From: Chitinophagales bacterium
Lineage (GTDB): Bacteria > Bacteroidota > Bacteroidia > Chitinophagales > UBA10324
NCBI GenBank assembly: GCA_025056305.1
Contig: JANWWJ010000031.1
Span: 66,861 to 130,860 of the forward strand
Direction: 5' to 3'
Length of the DNA: 64,000 nucleotides
Shown piece by piece: positions 1-10,028 of the stretch; position 1 is the stretch's first letter; every line of letters begins with the position of its first letter. The translations under genes were made by a program, and so were the position numbers. Below the pieces are notes generated by a model, which had not been told where the DNA came from, searched no databases, and worked only from the letters and a program-made list of their open reading frames with translations.

Positions 1-1
1 C

Positions 2-1678
2 AATCAGAAGATGCTGCCCACTTTTTCTCGTACCTGGTTTGCCGCACAAATACGGGCATGTAAGCCAGAAACCTTACCGCTGATGCCCAACCAGTCCGTT
101 CAGGAATTTATACAGTTCATCACGCCCATCCTTTTTGATCCCACCGTAGCCCCGAAACGGGTCAACAAAGACGCCGGAGCAGATCTGGTTGCCACCAGCG
201 CCGTCAACTTCTATGAAGGAGTGACGCAACAAGAGGTTTCCGATTATTACAAGAGCTTATATGAACGGGCCGGTGCAAATCCGCCATCCTTTGGCTTAAA
301 CAGTAAGTTGTTAAAAGAAAACAACAGGTTGGTAGAGAAAGTTTGGCGTTTGGGCGGTATGTACAGTCCTGCCATCGAACGGATCATCTATTGGCTTCAA
401 CAGGCGGAGCGTGTGGCCGAAAACGATCAGCAACGCAAAGTCATCTCTTTGCTCATCGAATACTACCGCACGGGTGATTTGCGCAAGTTCGACGAGTATT
501 CCATCGCCTGGCTGCAAGATACCAGTAGCATGGTTGATTTTGTAAACGGCTTTATTGAAGTGTATCACGATCCCATGGGCTATAAAGGATCATGGGAAGC
601 CTATGTGTCGATCAAAGACCTGGAAGCCACGCGACGCATTAAAGCCATCAGCGACCATGCAGCCTGGTTCGAGCAGCATTCCCCCATCATGGACGAGCAC
701 AAGAAAAAAGATGTTAAAGGCATTTCGGCAAAGGTGATCAATGTTGTAGTAGAAGCCGGAGATTTGGCCCCCCTCACGGCCATCGGCATTAACCTTCCCA
801 ATTCAGAATGGATTCGCGAACAGTATGGCAGCAAAAGTGTAACCTTGGGCAACATCACCTATGCCTATAGTCAGGATGGCCAGCACAGCGGCGTGTTGGA
901 AGAGTTTTACGCCGATGAAACTGTCATTCAACGACTCAAGACCTGCGGGCCTTTGGCCGAAAACGTGCATACCGACCTGCATGAGGTGTTGGGGCATGCC
1001 TCCGGTCAAATCAACAAAGGCGTAGGACCCTTTCATGAAACACTGAAAAGTTATGCCAGCACCTTGGAAGAAGTACGTGCGGATTTGGTAGCCTTATATT
1101 TCATCACTGATCCTAAGCTGATAGAAATTGGTGTATTACCTAATCCCGAATACGGTAAGGCAGCTTACGATCGCTATATCACCAATGGCTTAATGGTACA
1201 ACTTTCCCGCTTGTCGGCAACAGAAACGCAGTTGGAACAGGCGCATATGCGTTGCCGGCAGCTCATCGCTTCATGGGCGTATCAACAGGGTAGGGCTGAA
1301 AACATCATTGAAAAAAAAGTCGTCAACGGAAAAACCTATTTCGTCATCAACGACTATGAAAAACTACGTGCCTTGTTTGCTCGGCTGTTGCGCGAAGTAC
1401 AGCGCATCAAATCAGAAGGCGATTACGAAGCCGGAAAACAATTGGTGGAAAACTACGGTGTAAAAATTGACAAAAACCTGCACCGCGAAGTGTTGGACCG
1501 CTACGGTAAACTCGGTATCGCTCCCTACCGCGGCTTCATTCAACCCTTATTGCATCCCGTACGCGACGAGAAAGGCCAAATTGTAGATGTAAAAATTTCT
1601 TATCCAAAAGAATTTCTCCCTCAGATGATGTATTACGGTCGCCATTATTCGTTTTTGCCAGCAGTAGGAGGGCAGTAG
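2..1678 (+). CDS. M49 family zinc metallopeptidase (dipeptidyl-peptidase III-like); N-terminus probably cut by the window edge
   Basis: ORF track 11..1678, and the frame stays open back to nt 2. HEVLGH (HExxGH) is followed about 30 aa later by EEVRAD (EExRAE/D), the paired zinc motifs of family M49. The motif sits closer to the N-terminus than I recall for full-length bacterial homologues. Confidence 0.8.
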   Translation, partial: NQKMLPTFSRTWFAAQIRACKPETLPLMPNQSVQEFIQFITPILFDPTVAPKRVNKDAGADLVATSAVNFYEGVTQQEVSDYYKSLYERAGANPPSFGLNSKLLKENNRLVEKVWRLGGMYSPAIERIIYWLQQAERVAENDQQRKVISLLIEYYRTGDLRKFDEYSIAWLQDTSSMVDFVNGFIEVYHDPMGYKGSWEAYVSIKDLEATRRIKAISDHAAWFEQHSPIMDEHKKKDVKGISAKVINVVVEAGDLAPLTAIGINLPNSEWIREQYGSKSVTLGNITYAYSQDGQHSGVLEEFYADETVIQRLKTCGPLAENVHTDLHEVLGHASGQINKGVGPFHETLKSYASTLEEVRADLVALYFITDPKLIEIGVLPNPEYGKAAYDRYITNGLMVQLSRLSATETQLEQAHMRCRQLIASWAYQQGRAENIIEKKVVNGKTYFVINDYEKLRALFARLLREVQRIKSEGDYEAGKQLVENYGVKIDKNLHREVLDRYGKLGIAPYRGFIQPLLHPVRDEKGQIVDVKISYPKEFLPQMMYYGRHYSFLPAVGGQ

Positions 1679-1684
1679 CCTTAA

Positions 1685-3778
1685 TTATCGGATCAAAGTG
1701 ACCGTGCCTCGGTATACTTCCTCTTCGTTACGTTCCCTGCACGTAACGCTGATGTAGTACATGTACGTTTCCATAGCCTGAGGTTGCCCTAAAAATGTAC
1801 CATCCCATGGCACTCCACCGGCTCGTTCATAGTCATAAATAAGCATACCCCACCGATTCCACACTTTAACAGTATTGATTTTGTAGCAACTGTGCATCAT
1901 GATCTGCCACAAATCGTTGATGCCATCCCCGTTGGGCGTAAAGGCATTTGGAATATGTACCTTGGGCTCAGGAATCACAACCATCACATCCACGCAGGCA
2001 GTATCACGGCAACCATTGTATCCGGTAACAATCACACAATAGGTTATGGTGTCTTCGGGGTTTGCCACGGGGTTATGTATTGTGGCGTCACTGAGCCAAA
2101 GCGCTGGTTGCCAAAGAAATGATTGGATTCCGGTAGTATCGGCGTTTAAGTAAACAGGCTCCCATCCCTTTACAATACTGTCCGGATACGCATAGGCGGT
2201 GGTGCTGATCGACTTAACATCAACAGTCACGGTCTTGGTCAGAGAACAGCCCCGGCTATCGGTGACTGTGATTTGATACGTTGTCGGGCCGGTAGGATAA
2301 ACACTCGTTGTATCCGTTGTTGCGCCATTACTCCACTGATATGTTAATGTACCCGTACCCGTTGCCGTTGCTTTGAGTAAAGCAGGCGTACCGACGCAGA
2401 CGATGGTATCGTTTGATACCTGCAAGGTCAGTGGGGTGTAAGGTAGGGAAGGGGTTGCCAAAACCAAACCTGTAGCCGCAGTGCCATCGCTGCCTGCATT
2501 AGCATGATTGGTTGCATTGATGCAGGCAGCACCCGTGGTGATGCCCGCCGCTCCCCCGCTAACGTTTACGGGCGGCAGCGCTCCTGTCGATACCTGAATA
2601 AATCCTCCACCACCTCCACCACCCGGACCAAAACAAGAGTCTGCGGCAAAAGTGCTGTTGTTCACATCACCACCTTTACCGCCTCGCGCTTCGAGGACTA
2701 CGTTGTTTATCGTTCCTGCATCCAGTAGTACCATACCACCGCCGCCACCTCCCCCTGCGCCGTCCGCAACAGCAGGGGCAACAACATCAAGTCCGTTGGC
2801 ACGAATGGCAAAGCCATTGCCTTCTATAGCCTGTGCCTGTATGATGATGATTCCGCCTCCGTTTCCTCCACCTGTTGAGGCTCCGCTGTTGCCGTCGCCG
2901 GCACCACCACCTCCCCCAAGAAACACTCTGCCAACAGGCGGCAATGGATGCCCTCCTAGGCCGCCATACTGTCCTTGGCAGCCAGCGGAAGCGTTACTGC
3001 GTTGCCCACCCTGGCCTCCTGCCCCTACGTTTGAGCCACCGCCGCCTCCACAATTGCTGTCGTTGCCGCCCCCTCCGCCGTTCGCCGGTGCTCCGCGCCC
3101 GTAAGGTTCGGCGAGCGTGCCGCTGATGCTTTCGCCTTTCAGTGCACCATGGGCTGATGAAACTGCTCGGTAACCAGAAAAGCCGCTACCTCCTGCATAA
3201 CAACCGACATCATTCACTGCTGTCCCTCCTCGAAAGCCAACTCCACTGGCATCGATATCTGCCATCAGATGCACGGTGCCTGAAGCAATAAAAGCAATGA
3301 TTCCTCCCTTTGTACCATCCCATGGCTGAGCCTGCAAAGGCGCAGCTACAATAACGTTTCCACCATATTGGGGCACATGAATCAACTGCAATCGTGCCGA
3401 AGGATCAAAAGAGGTAGATATGGCCTCCTGAAAGGTAACATTGTTGAACGTTACGTCTTTTACGGTAAGCAACTCGTATAAGCCACTGCCTTTAAGATCA
3501 AGCACCGTTCCGTAGCCCGCGGCATCGTTCAGGTCCACTTCCGCACCGTCTATCTGTACTAGCAATACTTTGTCGCCGATAGTCAGATTATTCACCAAAA
3601 AGGGCACCGACACTCGGTTGTTGCAAATATCCAATGACATAACCGGGTAGTACGTATTGATGACCCCACCAATAAGCTGCTGCGCATTGCAGAATTCTTT
3701 TGCTCCTATTATGCTGACAAAAAATACGGCCAACCCCTTTAACAGATTGGCTGAAAAATGCATTAGAAAATATTTCAT
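1685..3778 (-). CDS. Glycine-rich secreted protein with gliding-motility/T9SS type-B C-terminal domain
   Basis: 697-aa ORF with an N-terminal signal-like segment. A long central region has poly-Gly runs alternating with short hydrophobic strands (GGGNGGGIIIIQAQAIEGNGFAIRANG), suggesting a beta-helix. Ig-like repeats (YQWSNGATTDT) follow. The C-terminus has IPNAFTPNGDGINDLW, typical of the CHU_C/type-B sorting domain. Confidence 0.75.
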   Translation of the reverse strand: MKYFLMHFSANLLKGLAVFFVSIIGAKEFCNAQQLIGGVINTYYPVMSLDICNNRVSVPFLVNNLTIGDKVLLVQIDGAEVDLNDAAGYGTVLDLKGSGLYELLTVKDVTFNNVTFQEAISTSFDPSARLQLIHVPQYGGNVIVAAPLQAQPWDGTKGGIIAFIASGTVHLMADIDASGVGFRGGTAVNDVGCYAGGSGFSGYRAVSSAHGALKGESISGTLAEPYGRGAPANGGGGGNDSNCGGGGGSNVGAGGQGGQRSNASAGCQGQYGGLGGHPLPPVGRVFLGGGGGAGDGNSGASTGGGNGGGIIIIQAQAIEGNGFAIRANGLDVVAPAVADGAGGGGGGGMVLLDAGTINNVVLEARGGKGGDVNNSTFAADSCFGPGGGGGGGFIQVSTGALPPVNVSGGAAGITTGAACINATNHANAGSDGTAATGLVLATPSLPYTPLTLQVSNDTIVCVGTPALLKATATGTGTLTYQWSNGATTDTTSVYPTGPTTYQITVTDSRGCSLTKTVTVDVKSISTTAYAYPDSIVKGWEPVYLNADTTGIQSFLWQPALWLSDATIHNPVANPEDTITYCVIVTGYNGCRDTACVDVMVVIPEPKVHIPNAFTPNGDGINDLWQIMMHSCYKINTVKVWNRWGMLIYDYERAGGVPWDGTFLGQPQAMETYMYYISVTCRERNEEEVYRGTVTLIR

Positions 3779-6540
3779 TACTGTGGTAACAGAACCATTT
3801 TGAAGGTCTGATGAAAGCCCGGATAGCTCATCTCGAGCAAATACATGCCGGCAGGCAGCCGCAATTCATTAAGACTAATCTCTATACGATGCTGACCGGG
3901 CTGCGTTAAAGAGGGATTCTCGGCCGTAAGATTGCGCAGCTCCAAACCTGAGGGGGTTAACAGCCGCATTTGTAATGGCTGCGGTTCCAGCAAGCGATAG
4001 GCCACGGTAAATCGGTCATGCGTCAAAGTCGGAAAGGCCATGACTTCCGTGAGCGTGCCATTGCTGATTCCGGTCGACTTTTCGAAATGTGCGATGATTT
4101 GATCGCTGCCAAACAAGGCAAAGGTGGCCGCTGCACTGGTGCTGTTGGGATTGAGGTAATGAACGTTGGCTGACCAGTAATCAAATTGATAGCCCGTAGC
4201 CGGTACGGCCTGAAGCTCCATATGCGTACCGCTAAGGTATGTGGCTGAGTAGGGGAAATTGCTGATGCTGGTTCCTTCTACGATCAATGTACCACTTCCG
4301 GCCGGCACAACGTCAAAGGTTACGGCAAATTCCGGCAGGTTAGTCTTAAATACTGCTGTGACTACATCGTCCGATGTAAGGTTTAAAAAGATGGAATCGA
4401 CGTTTGGACCCGGATTGATTACGTTGTTGTTGACCAGCCAATGGCTGAATACCATGTTGTTGTTGGGATATGCTTTGGCTTTGAAACCCAGATTAATGTT
4501 TCCGTAATACGACCCCGACCATGGGTAGGTTGTTGGTGTATAGGTGTTTATGGTTACCGTACCGGCTCCTGCTGGGTAAACATCAACGGTGATTTGGTAA
4601 GGCCCGGTTACCTGATAACAATCCACAATACCGGCAGCAATAGCCGCGCACCGCTGCAGCATAAAGTTTTCCAGATAACTCAAATTGTTCTGCCAGCCGG
4701 TGACCGATCCGCCCCACCGGGCAGTGTGGCCGGGCATTTCGGCAGAAAGCAGATCGACAAATTCCTGCTTTAATGCAATCATATTGTCGCAGGTAAATAC
4801 GGTATTGAGCAGCTCTGCATACCGGTTTACATACATGGCCTTAAACTCATCGTTCTTGAGCAGTTCATCCAGAATGTCCAAATGACCCATGCTGGGTCCC
4901 GCGTTGTTAAACACCGCATTCAAGTCGCAGGGATCGGCCGTGTAGCTGGTCGTAGGCCAGCCGGAATAGTTCTGTCCCAGCCCTAATACATTGTCTTCGT
5001 CCCAAAGCGAATAAGTCCATTTGGTGCGTCCTCCGGTCAGGTCACGGCCTCGCCACCACATCGTGTTCCAATTGATCCAGTCACAGTTGACCAGAAAGGT
5101 ATTGAGCATCATGTAGTCAATGACGCTTTGCAAATTGAGTCGTTGCTTGACATACTCGTAGTTGGCTTGTACCGCCATAGAATTATTCATAATAAAATTA
5201 TATAAATTAACCCACGCGGTATCGCTTCCGTACTTAACGTTCAACCCACCCCAATAGGCAAGGATGTCAATCTTATCTTCTTCTTGATCATAATAATATT
5301 CGGTAAAATCGGGCTCGTCCATTTTTTCACGCACCTCATAAATGCCCCAATATTGTCCGTTGATGTAAACAATGGCGTGTTCGTTGGCGCGCAGGTCCAT
5401 TTCCAGATTGTTGCGTAATGCCAACGTATGTACGAAGGCATCGCGCATATGGCAGGGAGCTGTACCCCAACTGAAAGGATAGTTGTCCGAAGCACCAGCT
5501 TTCAAAATCAAATGATCAAAGGAAGGCCGACTGCGGTCGGTGAAAATCTTATAGGGTATGTTGTGGGCGTAGCCGTAATCGTCCTCCATTTCAAAGTCAA
5601 TGCCCTTTTGGGGGAAGGCCCATGAGTCGTTGCCATGCGGGTCAACCTTTCCTTCTCCATCGCCTCGCAGAATTCGATCCTTATCGTAAAACTCCAGATA
5701 TGCATCAATGTCGAAAGTGCCCCAGCTGTTAAACAAAGCATTGAACTCACCGGAAGCAAGCGAAAGGATATAATAGCGCGGATCATGCGTTACGTTGATG
5801 AAATAAGTGTTGGCTACTTCGAAACTAGGCAGCAAGCCTGCGGCTGCATTAAAGGCCCGCGCCCGCAGAAACTTTGTTGAGGTGAGCGTGATGGGCCCTG
5901 TGTACACTGGAGATGATGTGGTGGGCCGAGAGCCGTCTAACGTATAGTGAATGGTCGCATTGGGATCGGAACACGTCAACGTTATGGTTACCGACCCGGA
6001 GTAAAAGCCTTCGGGCATGTCGGCAACTGGTTTGGCGACATAGCCTGGATATCCGGTGCCGTTGCTCTGGTTGGGTGTGGGAGAAGTAAATACCACCCAA
6101 TTAGATGACCCGTTGGGAGAGCGGCCGAAGGAGTGGTTTTTTTGTGTTAGGGTCAGAGCAACCTGATCTATCAGGTTACCAGAGGCATCGCTCAAAACGA
6201 TGTGCTCGTATTTGGTTTGAGTAAGCCTAAAGTTGGTATGAACATGGTTAGAGGTGTTCAGGTTACGATTCGATGCCCAAATAAGCTTAAACTGTCCAGC
6301 AGCTATGCTGACACCGTTGGGAATCTTGTATTTCAATGGATCGGCCGGATCATCTGAAATGTACCAACCCGACAGGTCAACTGTTGTAGTGCCTGCATTA
6401 TACAACTCAATGTAATCTTCGTAATCACCGAAGTTGTCTGCAATAATATTGCGGTTCGAACATGAGTATTCGTTAATGACTACCTGGGCTGAAGCTGTCA
6501 GGCAACACAATGAAACCAGCCACAGCGCAACCTGTTTCAT
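3778..6540 (-). CDS. CotH family protein with N-terminal lamin-tail-like domain and T9SS type-A C-terminal sorting domain
   Basis: 920-aa ORF with a signal peptide ending ASAQ. It has an LTD-like start (VVINEY...DYIELYN) and a CotH-like core (HMRDAFVHTLA...VYINGQYWGIYEVREKMDE, WDEDNVLG). The last roughly 80 aa (MAFPTLTHDRFTV...YLLEM...KMVLL) look like a Por/T9SS CTD. Its stop overlaps the start of the downstream gene (TAATG). Confidence 0.75.
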   Translation of the reverse strand: MKQVALWLVSLCCLTASAQVVINEYSCSNRNIIADNFGDYEDYIELYNAGTTTVDLSGWYISDDPADPLKYKIPNGVSIAAGQFKLIWASNRNLNTSNHVHTNFRLTQTKYEHIVLSDASGNLIDQVALTLTQKNHSFGRSPNGSSNWVVFTSPTPNQSNGTGYPGYVAKPVADMPEGFYSGSVTITLTCSDPNATIHYTLDGSRPTTSSPVYTGPITLTSTKFLRARAFNAAAGLLPSFEVANTYFINVTHDPRYYILSLASGEFNALFNSWGTFDIDAYLEFYDKDRILRGDGEGKVDPHGNDSWAFPQKGIDFEMEDDYGYAHNIPYKIFTDRSRPSFDHLILKAGASDNYPFSWGTAPCHMRDAFVHTLALRNNLEMDLRANEHAIVYINGQYWGIYEVREKMDEPDFTEYYYDQEEDKIDILAYWGGLNVKYGSDTAWVNLYNFIMNNSMAVQANYEYVKQRLNLQSVIDYMMLNTFLVNCDWINWNTMWWRGRDLTGGRTKWTYSLWDEDNVLGLGQNYSGWPTTSYTADPCDLNAVFNNAGPSMGHLDILDELLKNDEFKAMYVNRYAELLNTVFTCDNMIALKQEFVDLLSAEMPGHTARWGGSVTGWQNNLSYLENFMLQRCAAIAAGIVDCYQVTGPYQITVDVYPAGAGTVTINTYTPTTYPWSGSYYGNINLGFKAKAYPNNNMVFSHWLVNNNVINPGPNVDSIFLNLTSDDVVTAVFKTNLPEFAVTFDVVPAGSGTLIVEGTSISNFPYSATYLSGTHMELQAVPATGYQFDYWSANVHYLNPNSTSAAATFALFGSDQIIAHFEKSTGISNGTLTEVMAFPTLTHDRFTVAYRLLEPQPLQMRLLTPSGLELRNLTAENPSLTQPGQHRIEISLNELRLPAGMYLLEMSYPGFHQTFKMVLLPQ

Positions 6541-6622
6541 GAGCTATGAGTATTTTCAAATGGTTAAAATTAAGGAATGCCCGGCGGGCAGAAAATGAAT
6601 TTTCAAACTAAAATCCTTGAAC

Positions 6623-7231
6623 ATGTCCACCACCGAGGGTATGATACAGATCCAAAAGCCTGAACTTATTTACCTGGGCGGTGGGTGCTTTTGGTGTGTT
6701 GACGCCGTCTTTCGTCAGCTGCAGGGTGTGCTTCGGGTTCGCTGTGGGTACATGGGCGGTCAAATTGCTCATCCTACTTATCAACAGGTATGTAGCGGCA
6801 CTACCGGTCATGCTGAAGTAGTGGAAGTATTGTTTGATGCTCGAGAATTACCGCTGCATTCGGTTTTAGAAGTGTTTTTTTCGGCACACGATCCTACAAC
6901 ATTGAATCGCCAAGGTGCTGATGTGGGCACACAATACCGGTCAGTAATTTTTTATACCACTCTGAAACAAAAACAAGCTGTTGAAAAGTTTGTATGCGAT
7001 TTAGAAGCTAATAAAGTGTTTATGCGGCCTATAGTAACAGAAATTTCTAAGGCGGCGAGGTTTTATGAGGCAGAAGACTACCATCAAAACTATTTCAATA
7101 TGAATACACATACTGCTTATTGTCAATACGTTATATTACCGAAGCTAAAGCAGATTAAAAAGCTTTTCCCCGAACTACTGCGAGCGCCCTCTCCCGATCA
7201 CGAACCAGAAAATCGCTGCCATTTACCTTGA
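6623..7231 (+). CDS. msrA: Peptide-methionine (S)-S-oxide reductase MsrA
   Basis: GGGCFWC active-site motif near the N-terminus, plus GHAEVV and DPTTLNRQG..G.QYRS. The track ORF starts at TTG 6617; the first ATG is at 6623. Confidence 0.9.
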   Translation: MSTTEGMIQIQKPELIYLGGGCFWCVDAVFRQLQGVLRVRCGYMGGQIAHPTYQQVCSGTTGHAEVVEVLFDARELPLHSVLEVFFSAHDPTTLNRQGADVGTQYRSVIFYTTLKQKQAVEKFVCDLEANKVFMRPIVTEISKAARFYEAEDYHQNYFNMNTHTAYCQYVILPKLKQIKKLFPELLRAPSPDHEPENRCHLP

Positions 7232-8391
7232 GTGTAGCGCAATAAAAACACCCCTTTGTTTTCCCGGTACAATACGTTTTCGCCTTGCATTACAGGCACT
7301 ACCTTAAAGACAGAGGCCACAGGCGGTGAGGCCGGCGGCGGAAAAACTCCAAGCATCCATCGGCCAAATTGAGCTAACTGATTTCCGAAGTATTTGCCAT
7401 GATCATAGCCCCTTAGGGCATGTTCTGAGGGGGGAACCAGAAAGCGAGCCTGATAATTATTGCGAAAATGCTGGACTGCGCTATCGGTGCGCTCATAAAA
7501 AAACGAGGTAGAAATCAAACAATCGAAGCTATCTAATAAAGAAGGGGATATGCGCTCCAACGTTCTCCACCCGGGCATGCCAATTAGCTTTATGCTTTTT
7601 TCTGCATGTTTGGACAAATGATGCATGATTGAATTTATGAATTGGGCATCATTGGAAGCCAAAATCACCACGTTTGTAAGCAAGTGGCTTAAAGAGTCGG
7701 CAAGGTTTCGCAGAGCAAGTCGACCGGTATCCTGAAACACAATCCAGGGCAATGGATACAATCCTGCTTCTGTTTTTTTCTGGTTTAAGCTCTGGAAATA
7801 AGAAAGCACTTCCATTTCCTGAGCCACCTGTTTGCGGCCGACAAGCAACACCCGATCGCCAAAATGACGGCGGTAAACGTATTCAAACAGATACTCGCAG
7901 TGGCTCCGTAAGGTGGCAGAACCTAAGATGAAATATTGATTTCCGGAAACCGGCGATGTCAACGTGGGTAGGGCGTAAACAACCGGGATATGATTGGAAA
8001 ACGAAAGCTCGTTTATGGTTTTCAGCTCTTTTCCATGAAACATACCAAACAGCAAATGAGCATTACTTAACTGTTTAAGCCCACGGGAAAAATCCGTACT
8101 GTCTAAAATATCTACTATATGTAGCTGGGCTTTCATCCCCTTTGAGGCCAGCTCCTCAAAAGCAAGCATCAACCCTTGCGCATATTCAACAGCTATTTGA
8201 GCTTCTTCAGGGAAATAAAAGTCGTCTTTTGTGTTTAGAAAGATGCTCTTGCTATTGAGAGGTAAAAACAGGCCAACTTGAAATACAGTACCCTGTGTAC
8301 TAAACCTATCGCTAGGTTGAGCTGAAGCTGTAATACACCAACAGGCCGTCGATAGGATGACTACTGAGTGGAAGAACTTGCTTATTCCCAT
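7198..8391 (-). CDS. Secreted hypothetical protein, possibly type-1 periplasmic-binding-protein fold
   Basis: 397-aa ORF with a signal peptide (…ASAQ). The alternating beta-alpha pattern is reminiscent of LivK-like binding proteins, but this assignment is weak. Its ATG overlaps the guaA stop by 10 nt. Confidence 0.4.
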   Translation of the reverse strand: MGISKFFHSVVILSTACWCITASAQPSDRFSTQGTVFQVGLFLPLNSKSIFLNTKDDFYFPEEAQIAVEYAQGLMLAFEELASKGMKAQLHIVDILDSTDFSRGLKQLSNAHLLFGMFHGKELKTINELSFSNHIPVVYALPTLTSPVSGNQYFILGSATLRSHCEYLFEYVYRRHFGDRVLLVGRKQVAQEMEVLSYFQSLNQKKTEAGLYPLPWIVFQDTGRLALRNLADSLSHLLTNVVILASNDAQFINSIMHHLSKHAEKSIKLIGMPGWRTLERISPSLLDSFDCLISTSFFYERTDSAVQHFRNNYQARFLVPPSEHALRGYDHGKYFGNQLAQFGRWMLGVFPPPASPPVASVFKVVPVMQGENVLYRENKGVFLLRYTQGKWQRFSGS

Positions 8392-9920
8392 TCTATTGTG
8401 GCAGGAGGCTTGGAACTAATATCGTAAACAACTCTGTTTATACCTTTTACATTATTGATAATGTCGTTAGCCACTTTTGCCAATAGCTCATGAGGCAAGC
8501 GACTCCAGTCGGCAGTCATGCCGTCAGTGCTTTCTACAGCTCTGAGCGCTACCACATATTCATAAGTACGTTCATCACCCATGACGCCAACAGAGCGGGT
8601 GTCCAACAATATAGCACCGGCCTGCCATACCCGATTGTAAAACCCGGACTGCTTCAACACATCGATAAACAATGCATCGGCTTCCTGCACCAGACGTACT
8701 TTTTCAGCAGTGACTTCACCCACAATGCGAATGGCCAGCCCCGGTCCGGGAAAGGGGTGTCGCTCCAAGATTTCGGTAGGAATGCCCAATTCTTTTCCAA
8801 TTCGACGCACTTCATCCTTAAAAAACATGCGCAATGGCTCCACCACCTTGAGCTGCATGGTTTTAGGCAAGCCACCTACATTATGATGCGACTTGATGGT
8901 GGCCGATGGTCCATGTACCGGCCTAGATTCAATGACATCAGGATATATCGTTCCTTGCGCTAGCCATTGAACTTGGGCAAGACTTGCGGCCTGTTCTTCA
9001 AAAATGCGGACAAAAAGCTCCCCGATGATTTTGCGCTTTTGTTCCGGATCAGTAATGCCCTTCAGCGCATCCAAAAATCGTTGACGGGCATCAATACTTC
9101 TGACATTCAACTTCATGGAACGGTAGGCCTGCATTACTTGTTCAAATTCTCCTTTTCGCAACAGGCCGTTATCTACAAAAAAGCAGTGGAGCCGATCTCC
9201 GATGGCCTGATGCAAAAGGGCAGCCGCAACGGTGCTATCTACGCCGCCACTCAAGGCGAGCAAGACGTGATCTCGTCCAATGGTTTCACGCAGCTGTGCA
9301 ATGACCGTGGCGACAACCGAGGCTGCTACCCATTCACCTCGGCAGCGGCAGACTTCATAACAAAAATTTCGAAGAATTTGTTGACCATAAACGGAATGGA
9401 CCACCTCCGGGTGGAACTGCAGGCAATAGACGGGTTGAAGCCAACGGCCATTGTCGCTCCGATAGGCAGCTATGCCGGCATCATTTGTGCGGGCAATGAC
9501 GCTGAAACCTTCCGGAAGGCGTGTAATGGTGTCGGCATGGCTCATCCATACCTGGCTGTTTTGATGTACTTCCTTAAAAAGTACTTCATGCTCGTTCAAA
9601 ATATTTAGGTAGGAGCGGCCGTATTCGCGTGCCGTGGCCTTTTCTACCGTACCACCTAGAGTGTCGGCGATAAGCTGGGCACCATAACAGATGCCCAGGA
9701 CGGGCAGGCGGTTTAGCCAGGGCTGCAGGTTCAGGCGAGGGCTATTGGGGTCGTGCACTGAAGCCGGGCTTCCCGAAAGGATAAGTCCTTTGCACGTGTC
9801 ATCGGGTTGCGGAAGGTCATAATAGGGGTAGATTTCGCAATAAACATTCAGCTCGCGGATTTTGCGGGCAATGAGCTGGGTGTATTGCGAGCCAAAATCG
9901 GCAATGAGGATGCGTTCCAC
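8382..9920 (-). CDS. guaA: GMP synthase (glutamine-hydrolysing)
   Basis: GATase domain (ILIADFGSQYTQLIARKIRE, GICYG, QFHPEV) and ATP-PPase P-loop (ALSGGVDSTV), with C-terminus PPATIEWE. The track ORF extends to TTG 9965. GTG at 9920 (VERILIADF) fits the usual N-terminus better. Confidence 0.95.
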   Translation of the reverse strand: MERILIADFGSQYTQLIARKIRELNVYCEIYPYYDLPQPDDTCKGLILSGSPASVHDPNSPRLNLQPWLNRLPVLGICYGAQLIADTLGGTVEKATAREYGRSYLNILNEHEVLFKEVHQNSQVWMSHADTITRLPEGFSVIARTNDAGIAAYRSDNGRWLQPVYCLQFHPEVVHSVYGQQILRNFCYEVCRCRGEWVAASVVATVIAQLRETIGRDHVLLALSGGVDSTVAAALLHQAIGDRLHCFFVDNGLLRKGEFEQVMQAYRSMKLNVRSIDARQRFLDALKGITDPEQKRKIIGELFVRIFEEQAASLAQVQWLAQGTIYPDVIESRPVHGPSATIKSHHNVGGLPKTMQLKVVEPLRMFFKDEVRRIGKELGIPTEILERHPFPGPGLAIRIVGEVTAEKVRLVQEADALFIDVLKQSGFYNRVWQAGAILLDTRSVGVMGDERTYEYVVALRAVESTDGMTADWSRLPHELLAKVANDIINNVKGINRVVYDISSKPPATIEWE

Positions 9921-10028
9921 GGGGCGAAAATAGCATGTCAGCCTGTGCTCAACCAGCTGCTGCAAAGGGTTTTATCGTGAGGGATTTTGGATCATTAAAA
10001 TTTTGTATATTCGTAAAAAACAAGATAC

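Noticed and set aside
2652-3104. 150-aa proline-rich ORF (PPPPPP runs) on the plus strand
   Set aside because: It is the antisense reading of the poly-glycine (GGN) codons of the 697-aa minus-strand gene. CCN antisense to GGN gives Pro runs automatically, and the minus-strand ORF is far longer and has recognisable domains.
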